DNA from: Desulfatiglandales bacterium
Lineage (GTDB): Bacteria > Desulfobacterota > DSM-4660 > Desulfatiglandales > HGW-15
NCBI GenBank assembly: GCA_963667015.2
Contig: CAXXJJ010000004.1
Span: 832,001-896,000, forward strand
Length of the DNA stretch: 64,000 nt
Direction of reading: 5' to 3'
This document shows, one piece after another, positions 29,934 through 39,098 of the stretch (position 1 is the first letter of the stretch; every line of letters begins with the position of its first letter). The position numbers were made by a program, and so were the translations under genes. Under the pieces are notes generated by a model, which was not told the origin of the DNA, made no database searches, and worked only from the letters and a program-made list of their open reading frames with translations.

Positions 29934-30164
29934 TTAGTTCCTCAATTGATGTTCATTAAAGATGAATACATTTTTAAAAATTCTGGTAAGTTCATCTCTG
30001 GTAAATAATTGCAGTACTTCGATTTCATCGGGCAATAATGGCTCAACGGAAAAAAGGACAAAGTCTTCACCGTCCGATGTTTTGATATTAGTGGTGATTG
30101 TGTTCTCCAGTCCCGAGAACATTTTTTTACATTCGTTTATTAAATTCTCTGTCATACTCTTCAT
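29934..30164 (-). CDS. Hypothetical protein
   Basis: ORF in the operon. Confidence 0.5.
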   Translation of the reverse strand: MKSMTENLINECKKMFSGLENTITTNIKTSDGEDFVLFSVEPLLPDEIEVLQLFTRDELTRIFKNVFIFNEHQLRN

Positions 30165-30414
30165 CCGATAGATTAAATTTGGTTATCCTCAGCCAACGTT
30201 CACAATTTCTTGATCCTGAAGGGGTATAATCAGATCTCTTTTCAGGATTAAATTGATTGGGAAACCATTTCTTGAGCCTTCGGCAGTATGCCCACCCCAA
30301 ACTATCCGGTTGTCTGCGTTTGTATGTCCAGTGCTGACAGTGCCCGCAAATTTCTTCAAGCTGCGGGTATCCAGGCACCTGCCCCGTAGGTATAACCATC
30401 TGTGACCTTGGCAT
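30127..30414 (-). CDS. Small Cys-containing protein
   Basis: CGHCQHW; overlaps the sbcD 3' end. Confidence 0.5.
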   Translation of the reverse strand: MPRSQMVIPTGQVPGYPQLEEICGHCQHWTYKRRQPDSLGWAYCRRLKKWFPNQFNPEKRSDYTPSGSRNCERWLRITKFNLSDEEYDREFNKRM

Positions 30415-31609
30415 ATATCTCGTCCTCTGACAGTGTTTCGAGATCCGCTGCTATTTCATTGATTCCTGAAGGTAGGGTTTCAGATTTAATCTTTGCCTGC
30501 TCTTCGAGTTTGTCCCCGAGAGAGTCTAACTGTGTTACCCGTTCGCTCCTGACAACTTCCCGGGGGATGTGTTTTATATCGATTGTTACATCTTTGGCGC
30601 CTAAGTGCGTCTTATAGTAATCTGCAATCTCTTCTTTTTTAAGTGGAGTTGCTTCATCCTGGTATACTTTTAAACTTATTTTCAGGTGTGCCCCTCTTAA
30701 ATCTTCCAGTTCATTCAATGATGTCAGGGCATTAATATCCGAGATCCCTTCTTCCGTGAAATCGTGCTTTATATTTACAAGCTTCCTGGATGGGGTTTTG
30801 ATGAACCTTGACTCGATGTTGTAGTTAAAGAATACCGGTTCAATAGATTTCCGGCTTGGCTCTATCTTATGAAGATAAAAACCATGATCGTGATCTTCTC
30901 CATAGTTAAGGGCTCCAAGGGATCCGGAATAATAAATATTCGGCTCAATGTGCTGAGGAAGATGAATATGCCCGCATGCAACCAGATCAAAATTTCCAAG
31001 CGCAAGCTGATCTTTTGCAATTGAGATATCGCGCCCAGTCATATCCTGACCATTTGCAAGAGTAGCCCCGGCAATTGTTCCATGGTAAACAAGGATGTGA
31101 GGGCAATTATATTCTGAGGCAGTGGCGCCGAAACCGGCAAAGACCGGGGTCAGGGCCTGGCTTACCTCTTCATCGGTACTTTGCATAAATTGCTTAGTAG
31201 GCGTCGGCATCATTGAGATAATGGCGCTTGGCTTTTTCTCCTGAATATAATCGGATGATCTGAACAATTCGCCACTTTCTAAAATAACCTGCTCAGGCAT
31301 TGTAGACACGTGGACTGGGTGTTCAAAGGCAGAGGCATAAATCAGATTCTCTGTGGCATGGCCTTCATGCCGTGGTGTACCGGTTACAATTGCCACAGCT
31401 GCCACCTCTGATAATTCGTATATGATCCTGAAAACTTCCTTGCAGGCCTCGGAATCCAGTTTTATATCCCTGGAGTTAAAAACATCACCGGCAATAATAA
31501 TCAGGTCCGGGACCTCACTGATTGCTGTTTGAATTAAAAAGTCACTGCATTTTTTAAATTCCTCAAGATTGGCGTCTGTATGCCAGTCTGCAGTGTGTAG
31601 TATAAGCAT
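30356..31609 (-). CDS. sbcD: SbcD/Mre11-like metallophosphoesterase nuclease
   Basis: HTADWH, AGDVF, GHIH and YSGS motifs. Confidence 0.9.
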   Translation of the reverse strand: MLILHTADWHTDANLEEFKKCSDFLIQTAISEVPDLIIIAGDVFNSRDIKLDSEACKEVFRIIYELSEVAAVAIVTGTPRHEGHATENLIYASAFEHPVHVSTMPEQVILESGELFRSSDYIQEKKPSAIISMMPTPTKQFMQSTDEEVSQALTPVFAGFGATASEYNCPHILVYHGTIAGATLANGQDMTGRDISIAKDQLALGNFDLVACGHIHLPQHIEPNIYYSGSLGALNYGEDHDHGFYLHKIEPSRKSIEPVFFNYNIESRFIKTPSRKLVNIKHDFTEEGISDINALTSLNELEDLRGAHLKISLKVYQDEATPLKKEEIADYYKTHLGAKDVTIDIKHIPREVVRSERVTQLDSLGDKLEEQAKIKSETLPSGINEIAADLETLSEDEIYAKVTDGYTYGAGAWIPAA

Positions 31610-31610
31610 T

Positions 31611-31751
31611 TTATTTCTCCCTTAATTTATAAATCATGGCTGAGGCCAGTATCAAAAGGCACCCCATGAAGTTAATGAATGGGAACCCCTCTCCCTCGTT
31701 ACAGGCCAAAACGAGGCCTATAAATATTCCGGTTGCTGATAAATATTTCAT
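31611..31751 (-). CDS. Small membrane protein (46 aa, not in the ORF track)
   Basis: MKYLSATGIFIGLVLACNEGEGFPFINFMGCLLILASAMIYKLREK fills the gap between neighbouring genes. Confidence 0.55.
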   Translation of the reverse strand: MKYLSATGIFIGLVLACNEGEGFPFINFMGCLLILASAMIYKLREK

Positions 31752-31760
31752 GATGGTTTC

Positions 31761-32993
31761 CTAAAATGGGATTTCGTCGTCTATTTCTTTGAGTTTTTTC
31801 TTGAGCTCCCTGAAGGCATATAGACGTTTATCCTCCACATTGTCGGGGAATTTGAATTTTTTTAATGACGTGCCGGTCTTTTTTGCCAGATCAAATAATA
31901 TGCTGTCCTGGGTTTCTTTGTCTGAGTTTGTGAAGTCGATTTCTTCGCTGTCCATACCAGACATATCGTCTTCGGGGAATGGGGGAGCTTCCGGGTCTCC
32001 CAGATAATCATCATCTCTCGGATTAAGTTGATTTAAAGTTGTGAACTCTGCGTCGATAGGGGCTTGTAACTGTGGGTGTGTCGCTCCTCCGAATACTCCT
32101 AAAGCTGCTTTGATCTGTTCGGAATATATTATCTGCTTAACAATGGGGTCCTGATAATCCATCCGGAGCTTAAAGCGTAAAACAAGGAAAGGGTTTTTGA
32201 GTTCTTCCATGGTATATTCGGATTTTACATGGAATAAGCTTCTAATTACTCTGTTTTTTGCGCCGGTCTCACATAGTTTTAACTGATGCTGACGCTTTGC
32301 CCGGAAATCACGATTTACACAATAGGTAACATAGTCTCTTTTTTCTTTCTCTGTTTTATCGTCATAATCTCGTGCTTTCTCTTCATATTGGGCCTTAAGA
32401 TCGTCTTTTAATACTTCCAGATCCAAATCATAATATCCTGCTTCCTGATAAATATCTCCATCCGCTTTTAATACGCCGCCCACTGCCCGAAATGTTGTAA
32501 TGCCGTTATCCCTCATTAAACCTGACTGAACTGAATCCCATTTCACCGCGCCTGCAATAGCCACTTTCCTGAGAGCTGATGCGTGTAATCTATATTTCTG
32601 GAACTTACTTTTTCCAGTTCCAGATGAAGAACCCGGATATATTTCTTTTCCATTCTGAATGTCCGTGGATACATAGAGCGTTTCAAGAACAGGCTCGAAA
32701 AGAGAATTTTCAGGTTTTTCTAAAGGGATTGATGGTATCAGTAAATTGTATTTATTCTTTTTTGCATCGTCGATTTTTTCTAATGCAAGATCGTATTTAT
32801 CTTTTGACATTGTGCTGCCTCCATTTTTTAAATACCCCTTCCCCCGCTGAAAACTGGCATCTTTGATTCCGAATCTTTTGATTGTTGTAGGTGCCGACAG
32901 ATCAGGGGAAAGGGGAATAAACCGCGCCCTGGTGCTATTGAGTAGGAAAATTGAATTTTTACTTTGAAGGGGTTCCTCCTTTCGTTTGTCCAT
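31761..32993 (-). CDS. Putative recombination/ssDNA-annealing protein (likely start MSKDK near 32810)
   Basis: Upstream of sbcDC; CETGAKNRVIRS motif; acidic DDEIPF C-terminal tip. Confidence 0.55.
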   Translation of the reverse strand: MDKRKEEPLQSKNSIFLLNSTRARFIPLSPDLSAPTTIKRFGIKDASFQRGKGYLKNGGSTMSKDKYDLALEKIDDAKKNKYNLLIPSIPLEKPENSLFEPVLETLYVSTDIQNGKEIYPGSSSGTGKSKFQKYRLHASALRKVAIAGAVKWDSVQSGLMRDNGITTFRAVGGVLKADGDIYQEAGYYDLDLEVLKDDLKAQYEEKARDYDDKTEKEKRDYVTYCVNRDFRAKRQHQLKLCETGAKNRVIRSLFHVKSEYTMEELKNPFLVLRFKLRMDYQDPIVKQIIYSEQIKAALGVFGGATHPQLQAPIDAEFTTLNQLNPRDDDYLGDPEAPPFPEDDMSGMDSEEIDFTNSDKETQDSILFDLAKKTGTSLKKFKFPDNVEDKRLYAFRELKKKLKEIDDEIPF

Positions 32994-33226
32994 GCGGACG
33001 GTAAAAGATTAATAATGTGTTGAGTTGAGCACGGTGAATTTTATACTGTTGAAATCGTGTCCCGGTTATCGGCAATAAAACCTTTAAACCTTGCCCCTGA
33101 CCCCGCTACCCCCTCCCTGCACAATAGCTAGCCAGGTAAAAAGATACACGGGACACGATTAATACTGGAAGCTACCTCCTGTCGGACCGCTCCTAAAATC
33201 TTCCTCGCCACTCGCCGCCAGTATGA

Positions 33227-33496
33227 TTAAACAAACTCCACTTCATCAATTCCCATAAAACAATGGTCAAAAGTGCCATCCCATATTTCACAGCGTGAAC
33301 CGGAGATCTGTACAGCTTCGATATTGAACTCATGACCTTTTAATGATGGTCTTGAACTTCCGAAAGGCTGACCGGTATAATCGGATATGATTTTTACCCT
33401 TTTCCCTTTCAATAGAACCACAGCATGATTTTGTAGGCCGTTAATTCTACAAGAGATTTTAGCTATCTGATCTTTTATGGCTTTATCTTTTGACAT
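33227..33496 (-). CDS. Hypothetical protein
   Basis: First ORF after the tRNA in the leftward operon. Confidence 0.65.
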   Translation of the reverse strand: MSKDKAIKDQIAKISCRINGLQNHAVVLLKGKRVKIISDYTGQPFGSSRPSLKGHEFNIEAVQISGSRCEIWDGTFDHCFMGIDEVEFV

Positions 33497-33515
33497 ATTG
33501 CACTCATTGTTTTGA

Positions 33516-33590
33516 TGGTAGCGGGTAGCAGATTCGAACTGCTGATGTTGGGATATGAGCCCAATGCCTTAACCTCTTGGCGAACCCGCA
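33516..33590 (-). tRNA. tRNA-Met(CAT), initiator-like
   Basis: TGCGGGT/ACCCGCT acceptor with a 1:72 mismatch, TTGGG-CTCATAT-CCCAA anticodon arm, AGCAG-TTCGAAT-CTGCT T-arm, encoded CCA. Confidence 0.9.
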
Positions 33591-33795
33591 GAATAAGCTT
33601 CCGCCCTTTAAATTACATTCCGTAATTCTTAAAATTTTACTGATTTAATTCCTGGATTCTTAAAACCTGATATCCCATGCCATAGGGCTTAACGCTGTCT
33701 GATCATTTAAGATCGGGCTTTATTAACATAGCGGCGATACCCTGGGATCGTCCTGGACGGGTCTTTGAGAATTGCCGGTGGTTAATACGTGATAA

Positions 33796-33848
33796 AGAAT
33801 ACACAACAATAGTTGTATTGTCAATATCTGATACAACTTTTATTGTAT
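33796..33848 (-). promoter_or_regulatory. PL-like promoter with repressor operators
   Basis: TTGACA-17-TATTCT on the minus strand; CAAC-N4-GTTG at 33804-33815 and a near copy at 33834-33845. Confidence 0.7.
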
Positions 33849-33887
33849 TTTCCTTGAATAAAAAAATAATTGAGGTAGAATTGGGGG

Positions 33888-33946
33888 AAGTAACGCGCAG
33901 GTTAACCGCGTGAGCGTAGCGAATCCGGTTGAACCTGATGTTATGT
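33888..33946 (-). mobile_element. attC site
   Basis: Minus strand ACATAAC-ATCAG-GTTCAACC...GGTTAAC-CTGCGC-GTTACTT: R'', 5-nt spacer, L'' with extra C, L', 6-nt spacer, R'. Confidence 0.8.
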
Positions 33947-34190
33947 GATGAGGTTGTTTATGGATAACAATATTAATGAACATAAATTTATTTTAACTCC
34001 TGAAATTAAGGAATTCTTTGAAAAATTCTCCACGCTTCAACGTTCTGAGTTTATTGAGATGGTAGACTGGGATACTTTCGATGTACTTTTGGCGTCCGCT
34101 TTGGGTAATTCGAACCAGGGGCATGCAGCAGATTTAAAAAATCTTTTAACCGATGTATGGGAAAATCAAATACATCATTACTATCTTTAA
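33945..34190 (+). CDS. Hypothetical protein inside the attC-bounded cassette (likely start 33960)
   Basis: GAGG RBS before MDNN; fills the space between the two attC sites. Confidence 0.6.
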   Translation: MMRLFMDNNINEHKFILTPEIKEFFEKFSTLQRSEFIEMVDWDTFDVLLASALGNSNQGHAADLKNLLTDVWENQIHHYYL

Positions 34191-34232
34191 CCGCGGCAAG
34201 TTTATTTTTATCATCTTTTTCCATGGTTTTCT

Positions 34233-34288
34233 CGCTAACGTGAAATCAGGCGCGAAGTCGTTCCCGTCGCCTGATTTTGATGTTAATA
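34233..34288 (-). mobile_element. attC-like site
   Basis: Minus strand TATTAAC-ATCAA-AATCAGGCG...CGCCTGATT-TCAC-GTTAGCG. Confidence 0.7.
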
Positions 34289-34325
34289 TGAGATCAGGAC
34301 ACTAAATAGATTTTCATCTTCATTA

Positions 34326-34913
34326 CTATTCCAGACTATTTAGAAAATCTTTCATTGAGTTCCGAGGTTCCGGAAAACCGTTAAATAATGTCACAATAAA
34401 GTCCTTAAAATATAAAGATATGTCATCTGAATATGATTTTTTAATGGAAACGCTGCCCTCCCATACAATGTTATTTTGCAGACCAATGGCACCTGTCTCA
34501 AATATTGAAACGCTAAAAGAATGAGTGAATGTTCTATCAATACCCGGAGAAGTATCATAATTATAACTCATTACATATTTTGCGTTTTTTTGTTCAGATT
34601 GAATAAATAAAGGATAAAGACCGCGTTTGTTTACCTGCATTTCAAGTGCAATATTTTGTTCAAGGAATCTATGTCTAATCTTCCTTACATCTTCGGTTTC
34701 GGTGAAAAATATCGGAGAGTATGTAAGGTAATAGGTTCCATTTATTTCGCCATTAATTCGCTTAAAAGATAATAAATGAGGAATTTTATCATTAAATTCG
34801 AGACGATCCATTTGATATTTATAATAAGATGCTGGTTTTGATGGCTTACCACATTGTGCAAATAATGTTAAAAATAGAAATATCAAAATAGATTTAAGAA
34901 AATACCTTTTCAT
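34326..34913 (-). CDS. Putative lipoprotein
   Basis: Hydrophobic leader ending LFAQC. Confidence 0.7.
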   Translation of the reverse strand: MKRYFLKSILIFLFLTLFAQCGKPSKPASYYKYQMDRLEFNDKIPHLLSFKRINGEINGTYYLTYSPIFFTETEDVRKIRHRFLEQNIALEMQVNKRGLYPLFIQSEQKNAKYVMSYNYDTSPGIDRTFTHSFSVSIFETGAIGLQNNIVWEGSVSIKKSYSDDISLYFKDFIVTLFNGFPEPRNSMKDFLNSLE

Positions 34914-34915
34914 GA

Positions 34916-35431
34916 TTAATCTCCATTAAGTTGTATCCTATTACCATTTCTATCCCAACCTCTTTTCTCAAGGCGTTTTAACATTTCTGGTAGTAATTTA
35001 TTTGAAATTCTTTGTTCCATTTTTGGTATAAGTGGCTGTAAATATTCCTGCATATTTTGAGCCAACTTAGAAAATTTTTTACCTACAGGGCTTTTATAAA
35101 ACTCTAACAGTTCTATCAACTCACTTTCTGTAAAATCATTAAATATTGGATTTAACGTATCGAAAATACCACCTGGCGCCCAGAAATCATTAATTATTAC
35201 ATCGATCCAAACATCCTTAAAATCTTTCTTAAACTCTTCAGATAGATTATATTTCTGACCAAGGTTTTTAAGTGATATTTGAGCTTGAATATCGATAATA
35301 CCCTTCATCCCTTTAACTACTCCACTATATTCAAGGTATTGCCTAATAAGGTCTGAACGATCTACTGAGTAAGCCGGGACCGATAATATTATTGTAAGAA
35401 GGATTGTAAAAAGGAAGATTTGTTTTTTCAT
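34916..35431 (-). CDS. Exported DUF2059-like protein
   Basis: Signal peptide; FTESELIELLEFYKSPVGKK motif. Confidence 0.8.
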   Translation of the reverse strand: MKKQIFLFTILLTIILSVPAYSVDRSDLIRQYLEYSGVVKGMKGIIDIQAQISLKNLGQKYNLSEEFKKDFKDVWIDVIINDFWAPGGIFDTLNPIFNDFTESELIELLEFYKSPVGKKFSKLAQNMQEYLQPLIPKMEQRISNKLLPEMLKRLEKRGWDRNGNRIQLNGD

Positions 35432-35531
35432 AGTTATTCTCTGTTATTTTTTATATTGATTTTAGACTATATATCGGAATTGATATAAGGTATGTTAAAT
35501 TTTTTTACTACATTTACAACCTCTATATTCA

Positions 35532-35951
35532 TTAATGGGAATTATTTTTCTTCTCGATATCTGTTTTTTTTATAGACTCAAGCTCAATAATCCTGGCTTC
35601 GAGCAATTTAATAGCAATTTTACAAAGGTTTGATTCATCGATATTTTTATCAGCCATATCATTAATTTGAGGCGCTATTTTTTCTATAATTTTATATTTA
35701 TCAATGGTTTGTGGAGTAAATATTGTATCTCCTGGATCTGCTGTTTTACCGGTTAAGAGCCAGTCAACAGATTTTCCTGAGACATAAGATATCAACAATA
35801 ATTTATCACAACCAGGAATGCTTCCTTTTAAATATTTACGAAATAATTGATCTGATATTCCAGCTTTTCTTGCGAACTCTGCTGGATTATTCCCGGCGAT
35901 ATCGTTGAGTCGTTTTATGAATTCGTCTTTCCAACTATTTTTTAATTCCAT
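35532..35951 (-). CDS. CI-like XRE repressor
   Basis: AEFARKAGISDQLFRKYLKG..P...SVDWLLTG; divergent from the cro-like gene. Confidence 0.85.
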   Translation of the reverse strand: MELKNSWKDEFIKRLNDIAGNNPAEFARKAGISDQLFRKYLKGSIPGCDKLLLISYVSGKSVDWLLTGKTADPGDTIFTPQTIDKYKIIEKIAPQINDMADKNIDESNLCKIAIKLLEARIIELESIKKTDIEKKNNSH

Positions 35952-35952
35952 A

Positions 35953-35982
35953 TTGACAAAATCAACTTTAGTTGTGTATCAT
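35953..35982 (+). promoter_or_regulatory. PR-like promoter with operator
   Basis: TTGACA (35953)-18-TATCAT (35977) enclosing CAACTTTAGTTG. Confidence 0.7.
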
Positions 35983-35989
35983 CTCCTAC

Positions 35990-36223
35990 ATGATAAGAAC
36001 CGAATGTATAGAGATGATGAAAAGGTTAGGGATCTCATCAAGGGAGTACCTGGCAGAACAGATTTCCAATGATGAGGATCCGGTTAATGTCAGGTCATTA
36101 TGCATGGCGCTGACAGGTTACAGAAAAGGCGACCGGTATAAACAAATACTTAATCGCCTTCATACATTTTTAAGAGGCCGGATGGACTTGCTTTATCCGC
36201 CAGAGAAAAACCAGCCACAATAA
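35990..36223 (+). CDS. Cro-like protein, probably leaderless
   Basis: Divergent from cI; ATG lies 7 nt after the -10 box. Confidence 0.6.
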   Translation: MIRTECIEMMKRLGISSREYLAEQISNDEDPVNVRSLCMALTGYRKGDRYKQILNRLHTFLRGRMDLLYPPEKNQPQ

Positions 36224-36359
36224 TAAACGGGGGCCAAGTCCCCCAATAAAGCAGGGGGATATATATGGATACATTCCTCCCCAGGATCAATCCGATATCT
36301 CCCTGCTATTTTTACAGAACTATTTGATTTTATCAACCTTTCTTTTAAGGGGTCTTTTC

Positions 36360-36578
36360 ATGGTTCAACAAAGCAAATCAGAGATATTAAACTGCAGATA
36401 TGAAGACGGTGAAGAGCTACAGCGTATTAAAGAGTTCTGTTTTAAAAATGATCTTACAAAATCTGACCTGGTTAGAAAAGCTATTGATAAATACATCCGT
36501 GAATATCCTCATCAAGATAAAATTGAAATGTTGATCTATTGGCTTGATGATAATAAAGACAAAATTGTCTGTCCGTAA
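36360..36578 (+). CDS. Ribbon-helix-helix/CII-like regulator
   Basis: LTKSDLVRKAIDKYI. Confidence 0.6.
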   Translation: MVQQSKSEILNCRYEDGEELQRIKEFCFKNDLTKSDLVRKAIDKYIREYPHQDKIEMLIYWLDDNKDKIVCP

Positions 36579-36626
36579 AACAGGCGTAAAATCTTGTTTT
36601 ACCAAGATATTGTATTTCGGTGAAGA

Positions 36627-37259
36627 ATGACGACACAAAATATTGTTGAAAAATGCATTCATGGTATTCTTCCAGTTACCTGCTCAATATGTAAAGGCAA
36701 ACCCGCAACAAAAGATAAACCTCCACTTGACCACATTGTAAATCGTAATCAAAGCACAGAATCAAGCAATGTTCTTGATAATTTACCGGCCGAAGATCTG
36801 CCTTCAACAATCGGATCGGACAATTCAGGCAGTTTATCAGCTGCTGAGGACTCCGAACCTGATCATAAAGATCAGTCAAATGATGAAAAATTAACCACTC
36901 CCATCCCGGGAGAAGACCAAAAAAATCAAGATGAGGATAAGAAGATGAAAAAAGTATGTCTTATTTGTGGAGGTAAGCATAAGGCCCAGGACTTATGTGA
37001 TATGCATTATCGTCACTGGAGACAAGGAAGGATTGATCATCCAGTGTTAGGGCCGTGGAAACTCTCTGAAAATGGAAAAAGAATAAAGGAGGGTAAAGAA
37101 AAAAAACATATAATAAAGCCCCTGAGTGAAAACACCCTGCTTGCAGAGGCCCGAAAAAGAATTAAAGAACTGGGCACGTTAGCAGATGCGCTGATTATTG
37201 TTGGTGACGGGGATCAGGTAAAGAAAGAAATCGGGCTGCTTGCTCAGAGGTATGCATGA
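36627..37259 (+). CDS. Hypothetical protein with Zn-binding motifs
   Basis: CIHG..CSIC; CLICG...LCDMHY. Confidence 0.6.
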   Translation: MTTQNIVEKCIHGILPVTCSICKGKPATKDKPPLDHIVNRNQSTESSNVLDNLPAEDLPSTIGSDNSGSLSAAEDSEPDHKDQSNDEKLTTPIPGEDQKNQDEDKKMKKVCLICGGKHKAQDLCDMHYRHWRQGRIDHPVLGPWKLSENGKRIKEGKEKKHIIKPLSENTLLAEARKRIKELGTLADALIIVGDGDQVKKEIGLLAQRYA

Positions 37260-37360
37260 TATCAATCCAATATCATCGGCGTTTAATGATTTCAAGAAGC
37301 GGTTTTTTGGCCAGGGCTGGTAAAAGGAAAAAGACTGGGAAGTAAGGAGATTTATTTTTA

Positions 37361-38293
37361 ATGGCAAGGCCTGAATCGCATACAGTTCCATATTTCCCAT
37401 TTTTTATTAAAGATGGAAAAACCCTGCATGTACTGGAGGATAAATATAAATGTAAGGGCACGGGTTTTTTTACCAATGTATTAAGATTTTTATCAGACAG
37501 GACAGATCATCATTTCCAGATAAAAGATCCTGGAGATCGTTTATGGTTTTTTTCAAAGACTTTATGTGATGAAGAATCTGGATTGGACATGATTAATATT
37601 ATGGTGCAGACCGGAAAACTTGACCGTGAACTCTGGGAAAAGGAAATGGTTTTAGCATCAAAGGATTTTCTTGATAGTCTCAAAAAAGCATATGATAAAA
37701 GATCAAATAAATGCATCACTATTGATCAAATAAAAAGCATTTACCTAGTTTCCGGCACCGGAAACTCTTGTGTTGCGGGGTTTCCGGTGCCGGAAACCCC
37801 TGACAGCGGGTTTTCTTCCACCGATAACCCACAAAGTAAAGTAAAGAAAAGTAAAGTAAAGAACCCCCTTACCCCCTTAAATAAATCAGAACAAAAATTA
37901 TTTGAAAAATTTTGGAATGAATACCCTAAGAAAAAATCCAAAGGCCAGGCAGAAAAAACCTGGGCAAAGATCAATCCTGACGAGCAGCTGGTAGAGACAA
38001 TGATCTCCACAATCCGGCGGGCCAAGAAATCAGAAGATTGGAAAAAAGAAAAGGGTAAATTCATTCCTCACCCTTCAACATGGCTGAACGCTAAAGGTTG
38101 GGAAGATGATTTTTCCGATAATGAGCAGGATCAGCAGGGTAAGAGCATGGAAGATCAGGTCAAATGCACAAAATGTAAAATACGGGCACCTATTCCAGGC
38201 GATGAACTTTGCCTTGAGTGTTTTAATATTGAGTTCCCGGATAGAAGAAAGCAGGTAAGTGATTTAATTAAGAAATCGATAGGAAATATGTGA
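37361..38293 (+). CDS. Phage replication initiator (Lin1244/Lin1753-like N-terminus)
   Basis: MARP..YFP N-terminus; QSKVKKSK linker; FEKFWNEYPKK...HPSTWLN..WED. Confidence 0.85.
   Translation: MARPESHTVPYFPFFIKDGKTLHVLEDKYKCKGTGFFTNVLRFLSDRTDHHFQIKDPGDRLWFFSKTLCDEESGLDMINIMVQTGKLDRELWEKEMVLASKDFLDSLKKAYDKRSNKCITIDQIKSIYLVSGTGNSCVAGFPVPETPDSGFSSTDNPQSKVKKSKVKNPLTPLNKSEQKLFEKFWNEYPKKKSKGQAEKTWAKINPDEQLVETMISTIRRAKKSEDWKKEKGKFIPHPSTWLNAKGWEDDFSDNEQDQQGKSMEDQVKCTKCKIRAPIPGDELCLECFNIEFPDRRKQVSDLIKKSIGNM
37748..37860. repeat. Putative origin within the initiator gene
   Basis: Two GTTTCCGG-NN-CCGGAAAC palindromes (37748, 37780) followed by an A-rich AAAGT tract. Confidence 0.65.
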
Positions 38294-38715
38294 TGAGTAG
38301 AACCGGCTTACATTGGTCTGAAGAGGAAGCGAAAAGGAGACTGGGTAAAAATTATGTGCCTCCGGTGAAAAAAGAAAAGCCTCATGCTCTCCCTGGGCCG
38401 GTATCTGATGCATTTGTTGACCGGTTTAAAAATCAGTGGGAGCGTGATTATGCTTCTTACCTCGAACAGCTCAGGCTTCTTCATCAGATTGAGTGGTGGG
38501 CATACGAATCATGGGGCTTCAGGTTGGCTGATAATACGTATATTTACCCTGATTTTGCTATCTGTTTTCCTGATCATATTGAAATTCATGACACTAAAGG
38601 AGAATTGAAAGCCCAGTGGTGGGCCAAATTTAAAATTTTGAAAGAGTTATTTCCGATGTTCCGATATGCGACTGTGAAAAAGGTTTCCGGTGAATGGGTT
38701 GTGAAATATGTCTAA
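38290..38715 (+). CDS. DUF1064-like endonuclease/resolvase
   Basis: YIYPDF...EIHDTKG. Confidence 0.75.
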   Translation: MMSRTGLHWSEEEAKRRLGKNYVPPVKKEKPHALPGPVSDAFVDRFKNQWERDYASYLEQLRLLHQIEWWAYESWGFRLADNTYIYPDFAICFPDHIEIHDTKGELKAQWWAKFKILKELFPMFRYATVKKVSGEWVVKYV

Positions 38716-38932
38716 TGAGATCTTAAACGGTTTAAAAGAAATACGTGAATACTGGGACCCGTATATGTCTGAGGCGTATTTTAAAAAGCATATATTACCT
38801 GTTATCAGAGAACACCTATTCACAAGAGACGGATATAAAGGGAAGAGGAAGGAGAATATACCGAGATATTATATTTATAAAACGCTGCTATTATCGATAA
38901 AAATCAGGTACGAGAAAGGAGTGGGAAAATAA
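38708..38932 (+). CDS. Small DNA-binding protein (possible late regulator)
   Basis: ILNGLKEIREY motif; precedes the late promoter. Confidence 0.5.
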   Translation: MSNEILNGLKEIREYWDPYMSEAYFKKHILPVIREHLFTRDGYKGKRKENIPRYYIYKTLLLSIKIRYEKGVGK

Positions 38933-38959
38933 TGCTATAATTTAAAAAAAGATGAAATA

Positions 38960-39049
38960 AAACTATCCTTAAGAAACCATCCTAAAGAAACTATTCTAAA
39001 GAAACCATCCTTAAAGCTTTTTTGACAAGTCATTTCAATAGGTTATAAT
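38960..39049 (+). promoter_or_regulatory. Late promoter with four upstream 14-bp tandem repeats
   Basis: AAACYATYCTWAAR x4 (38960-39015), then TTGACA-16-TATAAT. Confidence 0.75.
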
Positions 39050-39098
39050 CAAGCGCAAGTCATAAGCGAAGCAAAGGCGAGCGTACCCCGGTAAAAGT

